A model generated the notes under the pieces. It was not told where the DNA came from, searched no databases, and saw nothing but the letters and a program-made list of their open reading frames with translations. Shown one piece after another: positions 62,328 to 64,000 of a stretch of 64,000 nt of DNA. Position numbers and translations under genes: made by a program. Position 1 is the first letter of the stretch; each line of letters starts with the position of its first letter. This stretch comes from the human T2T-CHM13v2.0 reference genome, Homo sapiens: NCBI RefSeq assembly GCF_009914755.1, contig NC_060929.1; one strand, written 5' to 3'.

Positions 62328-64000
62328 CTATGGAAAACAGTGTGGAGATTCCTTAAAAGTAGATCTGCCATTTGATCCAGCAGTCCCACTCCTGGGTATC
62401 AACCCAGAGGAAAAGAAGTCATTATATGAAAAAGATACTTGCACATGCGTGTTTATAGCAGCACAATTCGCAATTGCAAAAATATGGAACTAGCCCAAAT
62501 GCCCATCAATCAATGAGTGGATAAAGAAAATGTGGTATATATGTTCCATGGAGGACTCAGCCATAAAAAGGAATGAAATAATGGCATTTGCAGCAACCTG
62601 GATGGAATTGGAGACCATTATTCTAAGAGAAGTAACTCAGGAATGGAAAACCAAACATTGTATGTTCTCATTCATAAGTGGGAGCTAAGCTATGAGGACG
62701 AAAAGGCATAAGAATGATACAATGGATTTTGGAAAGGGTGGTAGGAGGGTGAGGGATAAAAGACTACACGTTGGGTTTAATTAGATCCCATTTGTCTATT
62801 TTGGCTTTTGTTGCCATTTGTTGCTTTTGGTGTTTTAGACATGAAGTCTTTGCCCATGCCTGTGTCCTGAATGGTATTGTCTAGGTTTTCTTCTAGGAAG
62901 GAACTTCTGCACAGCAAAAGAAACTACCAGAGTGAACAGGCAACCTATGGAATGGGAGAAAATTTTTGCAATCTACCCATCTGACAAAGGGCTAATATCC
63001 AGAATCTACAAATAACTTAAACAAATTCACAAGGAAAAAACAAACAACCCCATCAAAAAGTGGGTGAAGGATATGAACAGGCACTCCTCAAAAGAAGACA
63101 TTTATGCAGCCAACAGACACATGAAAAAATGCTCATCATCACTGGTCATCAGAGAAATGCAAATCAAAACCAGAATGAGATACCATCTCATGCCAGTTAG
63201 AATGGCGATCATTAAAAAGTCAGGAAACAACAGGTACTGGAGAGGGTGTGGAGAAATAGGAATGGTTTTACAAGTTTGATGGGAGTGTAAATTAGCTCAA
63301 CCATTGTGGAACACAGTGTGGTGATTCCTCAAGGACCTAGAACTAGAAATACCATTTGACCCAGCAATCCTGTTACTTGGTTTATACCCAAAGGATTATA
63401 AAAAATCATGCTACTATAAAGACACATGCACATGTATGTTTATTGCGGCACTGTTCACAATAGCAAAGACTTGGAACCAACCCAAATGTCCATCAATGAT
63501 AGACTGGATTAAGAAAATGTGGCACATATACGCCATGGAATATTATGCAGCCATAAAAAAGGATGAGTTCATGTGCTTTGCAGGGACATGGATGAAACTG
63601 GAAGCCATCATTCTGAACAAACTATCACAAGGACGGAAAACCAAACACCACATGTTCTCACTCATAGGTGGGAATCGAACAATGAGAACACATGGACACA
63701 GGGCGGGGAACATCACACATCAGGGCCTGCCGTGGGGTGGGGGCTGGGGGAGGGATAGCACTGGGAGAAATACCTAATATAAACGACGAGTTGATGGGTG
63801 CAGCAGACCAACATGGCACATGTATACCTATGTAACAAACCTGCGCATTGTGCACACGTACCCTAGAACTTAAAGTATAATAATAATTTTTTAAAAAGAG
63901 TACACATTGGGTACAGTGTACGCTGCTTGGGTGAGGGGTGTATCAAAATCTTAGAAATCCCACCAAAAGAACTTACTCATGTAACCAAATACCACCTGTT
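62328..64000 (+). mobile_element. L1PB-type 3' end interrupted by an L1PA
   Basis: 62328-62776 (agaggaaaagaagtcattatatgaaaaagatac) resumes at ~63894 (tacacattgggtacagtgtac). Confidence 0.85.
62777..63893 (+). mobile_element. 5'-truncated L1PA (PA6/7-like) with 5' inversion
   Basis: Inverted segment ~62777-62897, sense part 62898-63893; 19-bp TSD aaaagactacacgttgggt / aaaagagtacacattgggt. Confidence 0.92.

Overview
Human (primate) genomic DNA that I recognise from memory as the LYSMD3/ADGRV1 (GPR98, VLGR1, USH2C) locus. It has two CpG islands. The first (1-~620) holds non-coding exon 1 of LYSMD3 on the minus strand. The second (~29080-29790) holds canonical ADGRV1 exon 1 on the plus strand (ATG 29508, MSVFLGP-G, donor after 29529). 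Everything after 29530 is ADGRV1 intron 1; I found no exon 2 sequence in the window. The rest is mostly transposon-derived (Alu, L1, L2, MIR, LTRs, DNA transposons), and nearly all listed ORFs are repeat-derived or chance. Main observations: (1) a strong-Kozak, phase-1 mini-exon (97-130, MAKRSAAAAVP-G|GTAAGT) antisense inside LYSMD3 exon 1, splice-compatible as an alternative ADGRV1 first exon; (2) a near-full-length L1PA with a probable 3' transduction; (3) several locally templated duplications; (4) a twin-primed L1 and a deeply nested hAT element. I see no convincing new biological system. Repeat subfamily names come from remembered consensus sequences and many boundaries are approximate.
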